Shown: one piece after another, positions 52,050 to 62,558 of the stretch | Layout: the number at the start of each line of letters is the position of its first letter | Numbering within the stretch: the first letter of the stretch is position 1 | NCBI GenBank assembly: GCA_918797485.1 | Contig: CAKKNE010000005.1 | Span: 1,984,001-2,048,000, forward strand | Direction: 5' to 3' | Length of the DNA: 64,000 bases | Origin: Pelagomonas calceolata | Lineage: Eukaryota | Translations under genes and position numbers: made by a program | Notes under the pieces: model-generated | Told to the model about the DNA's origin: nothing | Databases searched by the model: none | Seen by the model: only the letters and a program-made list of their open reading frames with translations

Positions 52050-53441
52050 TCACGAGGACTCCGGCACGACAACACCCTTGAGCGCCCGCCAGAGCGCTGC
52101 GCGACCGATACCTTCTTTAGAGGAAGTAGAAACGACGCGCGCCGCCGGCGCCGCTTGACGTACAGCGGCGAGGACCTCGGCGGCCCGCGCGCTCTTCTTG
52201 TCGACCTTCGTCAGCACGATGATCACGTCCCCCGCGAAGCCCGACTCCCCTATCAACTCAAACAACTCCAGGTCCGTCTTCTGCAGACCCACTCTAGAGT
52301 CGACGAGGTGGCAGACCGCTTCCAAATTATCTCTAGTACCAAGATACTCCCTCAGAAAGACCTTCCACTCGTCCCGATACGATTCCGAGACCTTGGCGTA
52401 GCCCGAACCGGGCACGTCTACTAGCCTAAAGCGGCCCGACGGACTCCACGGTGAAGACTCCTCAACGACCGACGACGCCCGTCGCGAGTCGACAGACGCG
52501 CTATTCACGTCAAAAACATTGAACTGCCGCGTCTTGCCCGGTTTTTTCGATACGTAGGCCGCCTTCGTGCGTCCCAGGAACATGTTCACCAAAGAACTTT
52601 TGCCGACGTTGCTTCTACCGACAAAGGCGACCTCCTTGACTTCTGTGGAGGGGAGTTGTTTGGACGACACGGCTCCCACGATGAATCGGACACTTCGTGC
52701 GAAGATCGACGAGATCTCCCTCGACAAATCGGCGTGGTCCTCACACGAAGAAGCGTCGAACGCGTCTAGGACCAAATAAGCCGCGTCCAGGTCCTTGCTT
52801 CGTCGACAAGCTTCTAGAGCTTTGGCGAAGGGGATATGTGATGGGGGTTCGCAGTTTTCAGATGTATCACTCTCAGCTTGTACCCAGTCCCTCAACAGAT
52901 CGTAGGGCCTTCTTCTTTTGTCAAGCAAGCCCGCGACGATGGGACCGTAGATGCGCCCCGGCCTTGCAACACCTTCCCCCAAAACGTCTTCGATAAGAGG
53001 CACGCACGCTTTCGGTGCTGCGGCTCGGCACAACGCGGTCACGGCGGTCGTGAGCGACCGCGGGTCCCGCGCCAGGCTCCGTAATTGAATAGCCTCGATG
53101 GCCAGATCTCGCCTCTGAGACGCGCATAATGAAGCGACGCCAGCAGCCAACGTCGGCGCGTCTATTTCATTTGATTGCAATGCGGCGAGCGTCGCCTCCG
53201 GTGTCGTCGGCGCTCCCAGCTTCTCGAGCCCGGGGTGGGCTTTAGATCGTGCCTTCGGCTTGGGTTTTGAAACCTCGGAGAAGTCGAGCGTGCGGAGCTC
53301 GTGGCGCTGGCGGCGGCTGCCGCGCTTGCCGCCCTTGTTGATCGGTACGGCTTGTAAAGCGACGCGGCGCGTCGCTCGTGGCGCCCGTGGCACGAGCGCG
53401 CGCGCCGCGGCGAGCCAGAGCATGGCTGCGGCGAGGCGCAT
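52050..53441 (-). CDS. engB: EngB/YihA-type GTPase, probably plastid-targeted, with PPR-like helical N-region
   Basis: Motifs EVAFVGRSNVGKSSLVN, SKKPGKTR, LVDVPGSGYAKVS, LVDSR, VLTKVDK. N-terminus resembles signal plus transit peptide. Confidence 0.9.
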   Translation of the reverse strand: MRLAAAMLWLAAARALVPRAPRATRRVALQAVPINKGGKRGSRRQRHELRTLDFSEVSKPKPKARSKAHPGLEKLGAPTTPEATLAALQSNEIDAPTLAAGVASLCASQRRDLAIEAIQLRSLARDPRSLTTAVTALCRAAAPKACVPLIEDVLGEGVARPGRIYGPIVAGLLDKRRRPYDLLRDWVQAESDTSENCEPPSHIPFAKALEACRRSKDLDAAYLVLDAFDASSCEDHADLSREISSIFARSVRFIVGAVSSKQLPSTEVKEVAFVGRSNVGKSSLVNMFLGRTKAAYVSKKPGKTRQFNVFDVNSASVDSRRASSVVEESSPWSPSGRFRLVDVPGSGYAKVSESYRDEWKVFLREYLGTRDNLEAVCHLVDSRVGLQKTDLELFELIGESGFAGDVIIVLTKVDKKSARAAEVLAAVRQAAPAARVVSTSSKEGIGRAALWRALKGVVVPESS

Positions 53442-53797
53442 GTGCTGCTGTTCCCCCAGCTCGCCGTTTCAGTGCTGCAGCGATGGGTGGGCGTCCGAAT
53501 AGTCACGATTATGAGCTGTACGCGGCTCTGGTGTCGTATGCCTTGCAGCTTCAAGCTGAAGCAATTAGCGGGCGGGCGAGCTAGCGTCCTGTAAGGCACT
53601 AGCAGACCACCCCGCGCCCTCGATCGAATCGCGGCTATTCTTGCGCGCTGGTGCCTTGCACAGCTCAACAGGCTACACACGTGCACAGTTCAGCCGGCTA
53701 CACACGCCAGCCGAAGCGCGTTGCTCGTCGCTGCGCCGCGGCGGCAAACCAAGCCCTCGCCACCACAAGGCAGATATAAAAAACCGCGCCGTAGACG

Positions 53798-56146
53798 ATG
53801 CCCTCGGTCTTCAACAATTTAAGGTTAGAAGGCGCGGGCCGCCAGGGCTCTTTACAGATAGCAGGCGACGGCGCCGCCTACACCTGTAGATCCGGCCGGT
53901 CCGACGGGAAGGTCACGGCGGTGAAGGGCGTCAAGCGGGCGACGTGGACGGTCTTCGGCAAGTACGCGAATGTGGTGCTCTTAGATGGGGACGACGGCGT
54001 GTTGATGCGGCTCGACGGCTTCACGGCGAAGAACAAAGAAGCTTTGCGGACCGACCTCCAATCGATCGGCGTCAAATTAGAAGATCTGGAATTTTGTTCC
54101 TCAGGAGCCAATAGAGGCAAGCACTTCTTCGAGGCGCAAGGGAAAAGATTTGTGGTCGAGCAGACGGAGCCTGAGACCGAGGGTAAAGAGCCAAAAACGA
54201 AGCGATTGTTTGATCTGGATTTATCTAGAGTGTCGCAATGTGTCGTACCGACCAATACGAGGGCCGGCGCCGTGCCCAAGGAAGTCTCCATACAATTCAA
54301 CGAGGACCGAAGGGAGGGCGCCGCCGAGCACCAGTTGGTCGAATTGCGATTGTACGTCCCGCCCGGTTCTGGCCGGGACGGCGACGAGGAGAACGAGGAC
54401 GAGTCCGACGCCTTGCGGATCCAGCAGCAGATCACGCAGGCGGCCAACCTCAAAAGTGTTACTGGCTCTTTGTTGGCGGAGTTTGCGCCGTCAGAGGGCG
54501 TTTTCGTCCTACCTAGAGGTAGGTATGCGGTAGAAATGTACGCCGACTTCTTCCGGATGCACGGCAACATGTACGACTACAAGATTGCGTATAGCGATGT
54601 GGAGCGATTTATTTTGTTGCCTAGAACGGATGACGTCCATTACGCGTTCATCGTAGCTCTAGACCGACCCATAAGACAAGGGCAACAACGCTATCCTCAC
54701 TTAGTCTGGCAACTGAAGAAGACCGAGGCCGAGATCATGGTCAAGTTGACTGAAGAGCAGATCACGAGTAAGTACGGTGCGAACTGCGGCCTCAAACCTG
54801 AATTGAGCGGTGCTCTCTATCAATTAGTTGCGAGGGTCTTCAAGGTGCTGTCGGGCAAGAAGGTCTTCACCACTGGTAAATTCAGAAGTTCTGATGGTAG
54901 ACACGCGGTGTCGTGTTCCGTAAAAGCGTCGACGGGCCAACTATACCCTCTGGAGCGCTCCTTAGCCTTCATCCACAAGCCGACACTCATCATAAAGTTC
55001 GAGGACATTAGTGCCGTGGAGTTTGAAAGATTTACGGGCTACGGGCAGTCGTCCGCGACCAAAAACTTCGACCTCAAGATTTCTACTCGCGGTCTGTCGC
55101 GGCGTCCTCTTTGATTTCGACCCTGCGTGGCGCGATGCCGCCGCGCCGCGGGGACCCGTCGCGTCGATGGCGTGGAGGTGGACGTCCGAACTTGCTCCAC
55201 GCCATCGCCGCAACGCGACGGCCACGTCGGCGGCGTCGAGGCGGCGCGGGTTCGTGACGACGCCCTCGACGCGACCGTTTCCGCCCCGCGCGCGCGTCCC
55301 GGCGGCGAGCGACCCCCGCCGCGCGCGCAGGCGACGGCAAGGAGCACACGTTCACGTCGATCGACCGCAACGAGTACAAGGGGCTCCTCGAGTTCCTCAC
55401 GGCCAAGGGCCTGAAGATCCGGAACCTGGTGGAGACGGCCGCGGCCGAGAACGAAGCTAGAAAACGCGCCATGGGCCTCGACGGCTCCTCCAGCGACGAG
55501 GACATGCCGCAGCGCGGGCCCGCCGACAGTAACGACGAGGACTCGCCGGACGAGGACTTCGTCGCGCCCAAGGACGCCTCGGATGATGACGACGATGATG
55601 ATGATGACGATGATGAAGATGGTTCCGGGAGTGATGAGGAAGAAGAGAAGCCGAAGAAGAAGAAGGTACGTTATACATATATGTATCGTATCTCACGAGT
55701 ACCCCCCCCCTCGCAGAAGAAGGCCAAGAGCCCCTCGCCGGAAAAGAAGAAGAAGAAGGTACTTGCGCGGCGTCCGTTACATGTATCGCACGTGGTATCT
55801 GCCCCACCGGTACGCCATGCGACCCCCCTCGCAGAAGAAGCGCAAAGCTGATGAAGAGGAGTCCACCAAGAAGCCCGCGAAGAAGGCCAAGAAGAAGAAG
55901 GATCCGAACGCGCCGAAGGGCAAGAGCTCGGCGTTCATCTTCTTCGGGAGCGCTACTCGCGCGGAGATCAAGGCCGCGCACCCGGACTGGTCCTTGGGCG
56001 ACGTCGGCCGCGAGCTCGGCAAGCGCTGGAAGGAGTTGACTGAAGATGACAAGAAACCTTATCATGATCTCGCGGCCAAGGACGCGGAGCGCTACAAGAC
56101 GGAGATGGAGGCGTACAAGGCCAAGCAGGCTGCTGACGAGGAGTAG
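53798..56146 (+). CDS. SSRP1: FACT complex subunit SSRP1/Pob3 with C-terminal HMG box (exons 53798-55091, 55331-55665, 55717-55758, 55835-56146; ~660 aa)
   Basis: Motifs PRGRY, PIRQGQQRYP, LYPLERS, FIHKP. Splicing gives FDLKISTR|GDGKEHTFTSIDRNEY. Acidic tract, then KKKKDPNAPK...HMG box. All introns are GT..AG and frame-consistent. Confidence 0.95.
55092..55330 (+). other. Spliceosomal intron (239 nt, phase 1) with internal hairpin
   Basis: G|GTCTGT...GCGCAG|GC. Perfect 13-bp inverted repeat CGATGGCGTGGAG (55165-55177) / CTCCACGCCATCG (55195-55207). Confidence 0.9.
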
Positions 56147-56169
56147 ACTACACTAACGTGCATTCATTA

Positions 56170-57621
56170 TTAGTCCCAGCGCCCCTCGACCAACCTCGTC
56201 GGCCCGTCGTCGTCGTACTCCTTCTTCGACAGCCACATCTGCTGGAACGACCCTAATGAACTAAGAATGGAGCCGCCGATCCACACCCCAAATTTCCTCT
56301 CAAAGGCCGCCGGCGCGACGATCTTCGCCTTGAAGGGCGCGCACAATGACAGCGCAACATCAGAATGCAAGCGTTCCGCCGTGCCCGGCGCGCACGAGCC
56401 CCCACCGCTTAGGACAATGTTGAGCAGTAGATCTTTTCGGACGTCCACGTCGACTCTTTCGAGAGAACCCTTGACCATCTCCGGGAGAGCCGCCACGACC
56501 GGATCGTTTATCGGTGGCTGTATCTGGGGCGGCTGAAGCGCTCTTTGACCGACTCGAGCATCTCTCACAACTTTGATGGAAGGCTCCTCCTCCTCCTTCT
56601 TCACGACCTCTTCCTCCTCAACGCCTTCAAACAGCTGCTCCGGCGCCCTTACGAGATCCGTCGTCACGTCGACGATCGTGCCATCGGGTAGGAAGAACTG
56701 GCGCTTGTCCTCTTTGAGGCCTACCGCGAGGCCCCACTTCTTCGGGATGACGCCGTAGGACTCCTTCAGATCTCTCACCGTCTCCCGTTGCGTGAATTTC
56801 CGGAAGGCTTCCGGCCAGCTCTCATATGTTTTTCTCCCTTCCCTACGTACTGCTGCTCTAGGAACCGGTTCCGTGCCGCCGCACAACTTCGTGAGTAGCT
56901 CGTGGGCGTGCGCATCCACATGATCGCCTCCTCTCTTACTTGTACGAATACCCTTCATCAATACATAACCGTCCACGACCGGAACTACAGAGGTCGTCCC
57001 CGCGCCGCAGTCTACCACTAACGCCGACGCCCTACCAGCCGCAAAGGCCGCCAACGTCGCGTTCCTCGCCAGATACGCCGCGCGACACCCAAAGGTCTCG
57101 AACAGCAACTCCAGATACTGCGCCCGATGCTTGGGAGTCGCGTCTGATGGGGTTGCGGCTAACACCGGTTGCTCCGCACCACTTGTCTTGGCCCGTTCGA
57201 AGGCTTCGCGCCACAGTTCCTCGATGGTGTCCCAGTCATCTAATTCGCCATCGACGAGTGGTGACCTAACAACACAACTCTCGCCCTTGTCGAACCGAGC
57301 AGCACCCAAACTTGAGACGTCGCCGTGCAGCCACTTGGCGACGCACTGCTGGTTTTGTGGGGGTGCGACGAAGGGAGACCGCGTATGCAATCGAGCCGGA
57401 TAGTCGTCCGGGACTTTGTAGTCCTCCGCCGTCAGCTCCCTCAACAAAGGTACACCGTTACTGCCTTTGACGTAGGCTTGATTTTGATCGAACACGCAGC
57501 CCAGTCTCGACGACAACACTCCTTTTGGGGCATCCTCGCCGCCGAAGCCGAATTTGGACACCGCAGTACCAACATCCCCCACGAAGCCGCCCGTCTCGTC
57601 GCCGCCCATGGCGACGGACAT
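56170..57621 (-). CDS. ARP4: Nuclear actin-related protein 4 (ARP4/BAF53)
   Basis: GGDETGGFVGDVGT..FGFGGEDAPK, ALVVDCGA, PVVDGYV, WIGGSILSSLGSFQQMWLSKKEY. Confidence 0.9.
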   Translation of the reverse strand: MSVAMGGDETGGFVGDVGTAVSKFGFGGEDAPKGVLSSRLGCVFDQNQAYVKGSNGVPLLRELTAEDYKVPDDYPARLHTRSPFVAPPQNQQCVAKWLHGDVSSLGAARFDKGESCVVRSPLVDGELDDWDTIEELWREAFERAKTSGAEQPVLAATPSDATPKHRAQYLELLFETFGCRAAYLARNATLAAFAAGRASALVVDCGAGTTSVVPVVDGYVLMKGIRTSKRGGDHVDAHAHELLTKLCGGTEPVPRAAVRREGRKTYESWPEAFRKFTQRETVRDLKESYGVIPKKWGLAVGLKEDKRQFFLPDGTIVDVTTDLVRAPEQLFEGVEEEEVVKKEEEEPSIKVVRDARVGQRALQPPQIQPPINDPVVAALPEMVKGSLERVDVDVRKDLLLNIVLSGGGSCAPGTAERLHSDVALSLCAPFKAKIVAPAAFERKFGVWIGGSILSSLGSFQQMWLSKKEYDDDGPTRLVEGRWD

Positions 57622-57998
57622 CTTGGCCTTGTGTAGCGCGCCGCCGCGTTTGTGCTATGAGTGTCTACGCGTAGACCGCGGCGCGCCCAGGCTCAGGCCC
57701 AGGCTATCTACGTCGCGGTCCCCAGCGGTTGCCCGAAAGTGGCGGCGTCGTTTGCGCACTACGGAGAGCTGTCAAAACAGTGGCACCGCGTTACGGCCTG
57801 CGCAGCCTGCCAGCGGCCGCGACCGCGAGAGAGCAATAATCTGGTTGAGCTAGCGGTAAGACACTAGAAAGCGTTCTACGGACGTCTCGAGGACGACAGG
57901 GTCCCGGCGGGACCACTCGCGGCAAGAGAGTAGGCGAAACGAGCTTACTGGAACGCGGGACGGAACCGCGTGCCGCGACGCCACCACCGCCGAACTCC

Positions 57999-58343
57999 CT
58001 ACTGCTCGACGTTGATGAAGAGGAAGGCGCCCGCGATCAAACCCAAAGCAAGCACGGCCCCCGCCCCGATGGCGATCAGGCCGCCGCCAGACGCGCCCGC
58101 GTCCTGATCGACCGCCATCTTCGGCTCGACGGCCCAGATGTTGCTCTTGCCGTCCTGGTCGACGCTCGAGCCGAGGCGGCCCTTGGGCGGCGGGCTCGGC
58201 GCGACGTAGGCGTCGGGGTCGTCGAAGGGGCCGGCCTTGGGTGCCGTCCGTCTTGTGGACAGCGCCAGCGGTGATCTGGCAGGCGCGAACGCGGCACAGC
58301 CGACGACAGCCGCCGCAGCAACGAGGAAGGAGTAACGGGCCAT
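57999..58343 (-). CDS. Small plastid-targeted single-TM thylakoid protein (Psb34/Ssl1498-like N-motif)
   Basis: Bipartite presequence with an AAFAP cleavage motif. DQDGKSNIWAVEPKM resembles the DExGxxNxFAxEPK motif. C-terminal TM helix. Confidence 0.65.
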   Translation of the reverse strand: MARYSFLVAAAAVVGCAAFAPARSPLALSTRRTAPKAGPFDDPDAYVAPSPPPKGRLGSSVDQDGKSNIWAVEPKMAVDQDAGASGGGLIAIGAGAVLALGLIAGAFLFINVEQ

Positions 58344-58534
58344 GTCTGGACGACCCCTAGCACGTCTAGGTGATGATAAAAGCTAGACCTTGCACTCTGA
58401 CTAGGTCTAGTGTCTTTGAACGCTAGCGAAAAAAAATAAAGTGTTCACGTCAGCTGCCGCAACCTCGTTATACACTTCTGGTCGCATTTTACAGTCGCTG
58501 ACTTGCCGCATTCATCGGCCCATAAGAGTCTGGC

Positions 58535-59122
58535 ATGCATCGCCTGCTGCGGAGACCCCTATCAACACCATCCTTCACTGAGGCCGCCGCACGCCTCGTG
58601 CGAGGCGCCACGAAAGCAAATAGGGAGGCGCGGGGCGCCACAAAACAAAATAGGGACGCGACACCAAAACGGCCGGAGGCCACCCACAAACGCGCTGCAT
58701 CAATCGTCCAGCGCAAGGCCGAGGCGCGCGTCGAGCACGCGCTCGCCGCGGCCGTCGCCGAGCGGCGCCGCCGCGACGCCTGGCGCCCCCCACTGACGGA
58801 GGTGGAGGTGTCCGCGGTGCGCCTCAGCCCGGACTTTCGCGAGGCGACCGTGACGTGGCGCCTCGCTGAGAGCCTGCGACCGCCGCGGAGCCGCTTCTTC
58901 GCCGACGCGGCGCCTCCTCTCCAAAACCCGGACCGCCTCGAGGCGGCGGAGGCGGCCCTCGCCCGCGTCGCCGGTGGTCTGAGAGCGGAGGTCGCGCGCC
59001 GCGCGCGGCTCCGGTTCGCGCCGGCGCTCGTCTTCCGCCACGACGCGCGGCGGAGCGCCGAGGGCTTCGCGCCGGAGCACCTCGCGGGGCTTGTAGTGGG
59101 GGAGGGGCTCGGGCCTCGCTGA
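58535..59122 (+). CDS. rbfA: Ribosome-binding factor A-like protein, probably mitochondrial
   Basis: VEVSAVRLSPDFREATVTW and LRAEVARRARLRFAPALVFRHD. Arg-rich presequence. Confidence 0.75.
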   Translation: MHRLLRRPLSTPSFTEAAARLVRGATKANREARGATKQNRDATPKRPEATHKRAASIVQRKAEARVEHALAAAVAERRRRDAWRPPLTEVEVSAVRLSPDFREATVTWRLAESLRPPRSRFFADAAPPLQNPDRLEAAEAALARVAGGLRAEVARRARLRFAPALVFRHDARRSAEGFAPEHLAGLVVGEGLGPR

Positions 59123-59490
59123 GCTGACTGTGGTGTCTAAGGTGTTGTTCTTGTGATCAGGAAGCTTGCCCGGGCGTCGAGCCAGTAGCTCCACAGGGCC
59201 TCCCTCGGCCGGAGAGTGGTGCCGCGGAGAGGCGCACGGGCGCCGGGCTCTAGCGCTTCTGAGCGCTGTGGCGACGACACGACTCCTGCTCTCTCTGTTT
59301 CCCAGCGCGAGCCGCCGCCCCCACCGCGACGCAGCGGCCCAACCCTCGCCTCACATCCCCACCCACCGCTCCGGCCGTTCAAGTTCAGCGCCGGCCGCGG
59401 GGCAGCCCGCACAGCACCTCAGCACCTCAACACTCCGGCCCGAGCCCCGTGCGCCGCAGCGCCACGACGGACAAAGCGCCGCAACAGGGA

Positions 59491-60369
59491 ATGGCGGCCC
59501 AGGCGGCGACGCCCGCCCGGGCCGACGTCATCGACGAGGTCTTCCAGGAGCGCGGGATCACTGAGCCCACGCCCACGCCGCCCGCGCCCGCGGAATCGAA
59601 GCCGCCGGTCCCGCCGATCGCCGACCCGGCCGAGGGCGAGGAGCAATTCTTCGACGCCAAGTCGCCGGCTCAACAGCCCACGACACCGCGCAAGTACCGG
59701 TTTGCGTTGGACGAACTACCCCCATCACCAAGTATGCGCAAGAAGGGCATCACCTCACCCACACCGGCCGCGCAGTCGCCAGTCGTCAAGGCCTTTGAAG
59801 CCAATCTGGAGGAGATGCAGAAGTGGCGCAAGCGAGCTTTAGATGCGGAATCTAAATTGTGGGGCTCGGCGAAGGAGCAGTCGCTAGCTTTCCAGGCCGC
59901 GACGAAGTGGAAAGGCTTTAAGAAAGGCGCAGGGACGCCACCGACGCGGTCCAAGTCTCCCGTGCGATCTAGAAGCCCACAACGCTACTCGCGGGACAAC
60001 GCGTCGGAGGCGCGACGCCTGGCGAAGAAATTACTAGGTGAATTGGAGGGTCTCGGTGAGGACCACGCGTCGATCCGCGCGTCCCTACGATGGCAGCTCA
60101 AGGAATTGGCAGGTGTGAAATCAACATCACCACCACCTGCCTCTAGGTCGGCGGGCATCTTCGAGGACTTTAAAGCCTCACCGAGAGCCCGACGGACGCC
60201 TTCCGTAAGAACGCCGTCGGACTACGTCATCTCGGGCAAGCGCCGGTCCCACTACGAGAAGGCCATCGCCGCGGCGCGCACCGTCGGGACCCGTAGGAAA
60301 GAAAGAGCGTCCTTCGGCAGCCCGCCGCACAAGCGCGCGTCCGCGAAGGCGCCGCCCGTAAGTACCTGA
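59491..60369 (+). CDS. Hypothetical Pro/Ser-rich protein
   Basis: ORF from MAAQAATP with a short coiled coil and many SP/TP sites. Confidence 0.55.
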   Translation: MAAQAATPARADVIDEVFQERGITEPTPTPPAPAESKPPVPPIADPAEGEEQFFDAKSPAQQPTTPRKYRFALDELPPSPSMRKKGITSPTPAAQSPVVKAFEANLEEMQKWRKRALDAESKLWGSAKEQSLAFQAATKWKGFKKGAGTPPTRSKSPVRSRSPQRYSRDNASEARRLAKKLLGELEGLGEDHASIRASLRWQLKELAGVKSTSPPPASRSAGIFEDFKASPRARRTPSVRTPSDYVISGKRRSHYEKAIAAARTVGTRRKERASFGSPPHKRASAKAPPVST

Positions 60370-60432
60370 CACTAGTTACATCTCCGAGTCTTATTCACAA
60401 AGTTAAAAGACAGGACTCATGTACCGCATGCT

Positions 60433-61107
60433 CTAGATGAGCGCGGTCTGCGTCTGGCAGTGGTCGCCCATGTAGCCCTCGAAGCACTCGCACTCGCCGG
60501 AGGAGTAGTCGCACTTGCCGCGGCGGCCGCACTCGTAGGAATTGTGGTCGGCCGGGACCGTCTGCTTGACGTTAGAGAGGATGTCTGGGTGCGCGCCGCC
60601 GCCGAAAACGCCCGCGGTCAGGAATTCGACCGTGTCCCCGTCGTTGTGCGTAACATCGGTCGTGCCTGCCTGGCCACGCACGACGGTCAGCGCATCACCA
60701 TTGGTGGCAGTGGCGGTGACCTTGATCACCTCGTTGTTGATCAGGATGTAGAAGGGAGCGGTGGGCTCGGTCGATCCGTCACCAAGCTTAACGCCGTCAC
60801 CGGTCACTAAATTAATCGTCGTCGAACCAGCAGCACCCGACCCGCCGGTCGTCGACTCGATGGCGCCAGCCGCGGACCCGCCCACGAAGGCCGTAGCAGC
60901 ACCAGCAGCCGTCGAGGCCACGAGGGCGGACTTGAGCCGGACCGGGTTCGACAGCTGGGGCGTGCAGCCGGAGTCGCACTTGTCGGCCTCGACCTCGAGG
61001 AGGTACTGGGGGCCCGCGACGGACGGCCCGGTGAACTCCACCTCGCAGTGCACGGACGGGTAGATCGCGTTGACGCCCGTGACCCAGGCATACGAGCATA
61101 TAAATAT
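60433..61107 (-). pseudogene. 5'-truncated tubular mastigoneme protein-like (Ocm/Sig family) C-terminal fragment
   Basis: Motifs HCEVEF, DKCDSGCTPQL and terminal EGF-like YECGRRGKCDYSSGECECFEGYMGDHCQTQTALI. The frame opens after a TGA at 61108-61110 and has no upstream in-frame ATG. Confidence 0.6.
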
Positions 61108-61275
61108 TCACAACACATTAGTCGGCGGCGTCGTGCGGGTACTAGTATTTTCCGAGTCACGGTCGCACTCGGCTCTCCGACTCAGGCTCGTTATGTGCTG
61201 TGAACATACATCTCCCGCCTGCGGGGAGCGTTGCGCCGTCGACGACTCGACGCGACCGGGACAACGAACAGCACA

Positions 61276-62259
61276 TTAGTCAGAACCAGCAGGCGCCTCC
61301 GGCCGCCGGCTCCGCACGCGCTTCACGACCTCCAGCGTGGCGACGGCGCAGCGCCGCTCCAGCAGCGCGCGGTAGGGCACGGTCAGCCCCAGACCCGCAA
61401 ACAGCCAGAAGCCGCCCGGCGTCCAGAGCGCGCCCGGCGCGCCGAGCGGCCGCCTGACACCCAACATGCGCTCGTCTAGATCCCAGTCCTTTAACCTGTA
61501 AGACTGTTCGACCGACAGGTGCACGTCGCGGTGCCGATGCGCCCGCGCGAAGGCCGCGAGCTGGCCGTGGTAGTCCCGCTCCGTCGCGCGGTCGTCGAAG
61601 ACCAATGCTTTCCTTAACCGTATTTTCACGAGGGACGGTCGCGCTGCTCGACCCGTAAAGCAGGCGTCGCGCCACCTGCTGGCTAAAGCATCGAGGCCGC
61701 CGGACGCGTCGCGCCACGCGCCGAAGCTCCACGCGTCCCTATTGACCGACGTGACGACGCGCCTGGATGAAGCATCCGTCGTGCGCCGACTGCGCTCGTA
61801 GTGGTACGACGACGCCGCCCACGTGATTACCGGTGGAGCATCTAACGCATTCTTCAAAAAGCCGTCGACGGCCTCGGCGGCGCGGACGTCCCGGACATAT
61901 CTTAAAGTGCTTGAGCGGCCACACTCTAAAACGTAGAAGCACGCGACGATGCCCACGGAGACCCAGCGCGCCCGCCGGCTCTCGCAGTCGACGCTGATAT
62001 AACTTAGCCATTTAGAGAGGCCGCAGGGGCACCCTACAACCGCCGACCGGACCGAACCAATTAGTAACGCGGAGAAGAAGCAGGCCTTCCAATGCTTCGG
62101 CGTGGCGCGTTCCATGACGAGCGCCGCGGGGTCGCTCGGCCAGGGCGACCGGCGCGGCGGCGGCGGCGGTTTCGGCGGGCCCGGCGGCGGTCTGCTGGTC
62201 GTGGTCTGCAGGTTTGAGGAAGCGTGCGTTACTGCGGCGTAGAGGAGGAGACGCATCAT
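61276..62259 (-). CDS. TMEM151-family membrane protein
   Basis: FYVLECGRSST, PPVITWAASSYHYE and FWLFAGLGLTVPYR resemble TMEM151 conserved blocks. Confidence 0.7.
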   Translation of the reverse strand: MMRLLLYAAVTHASSNLQTTTSRPPPGPPKPPPPPRRSPWPSDPAALVMERATPKHWKACFFSALLIGSVRSAVVGCPCGLSKWLSYISVDCESRRARWVSVGIVACFYVLECGRSSTLRYVRDVRAAEAVDGFLKNALDAPPVITWAASSYHYERSRRTTDASSRRVVTSVNRDAWSFGAWRDASGGLDALASRWRDACFTGRAARPSLVKIRLRKALVFDDRATERDYHGQLAAFARAHRHRDVHLSVEQSYRLKDWDLDERMLGVRRPLGAPGALWTPGGFWLFAGLGLTVPYRALLERRCAVATLEVVKRVRSRRPEAPAGSD

Positions 62260-62558
62260 GATTGCTGCTCAGTGTGCTGCAGCACTGGCAGCTCTGGCAC
62301 TGCGGTGCGCGCAGCGCCTGTGGTGCGTGAGAATTGTGCCGCACTGCTGCGCGTTTGTTTTTTCGGTGCACGAGCGTCGACACAGCTCATAGCTCTCCGG
62401 TGCCATCGAGAGCTGCTTGTCGAGCGACAGATTTGAAGCGCCGCGCGGGTACGAATAACTGGAACCGCAGACTTTTGCAACGCGTTCTCAGGGCCGCGCA
62501 TAGATCGGCAAGCGCTTTTTACTGCTCACGGGCGCTCGTGCCACTCGTTTGCTGCCAC

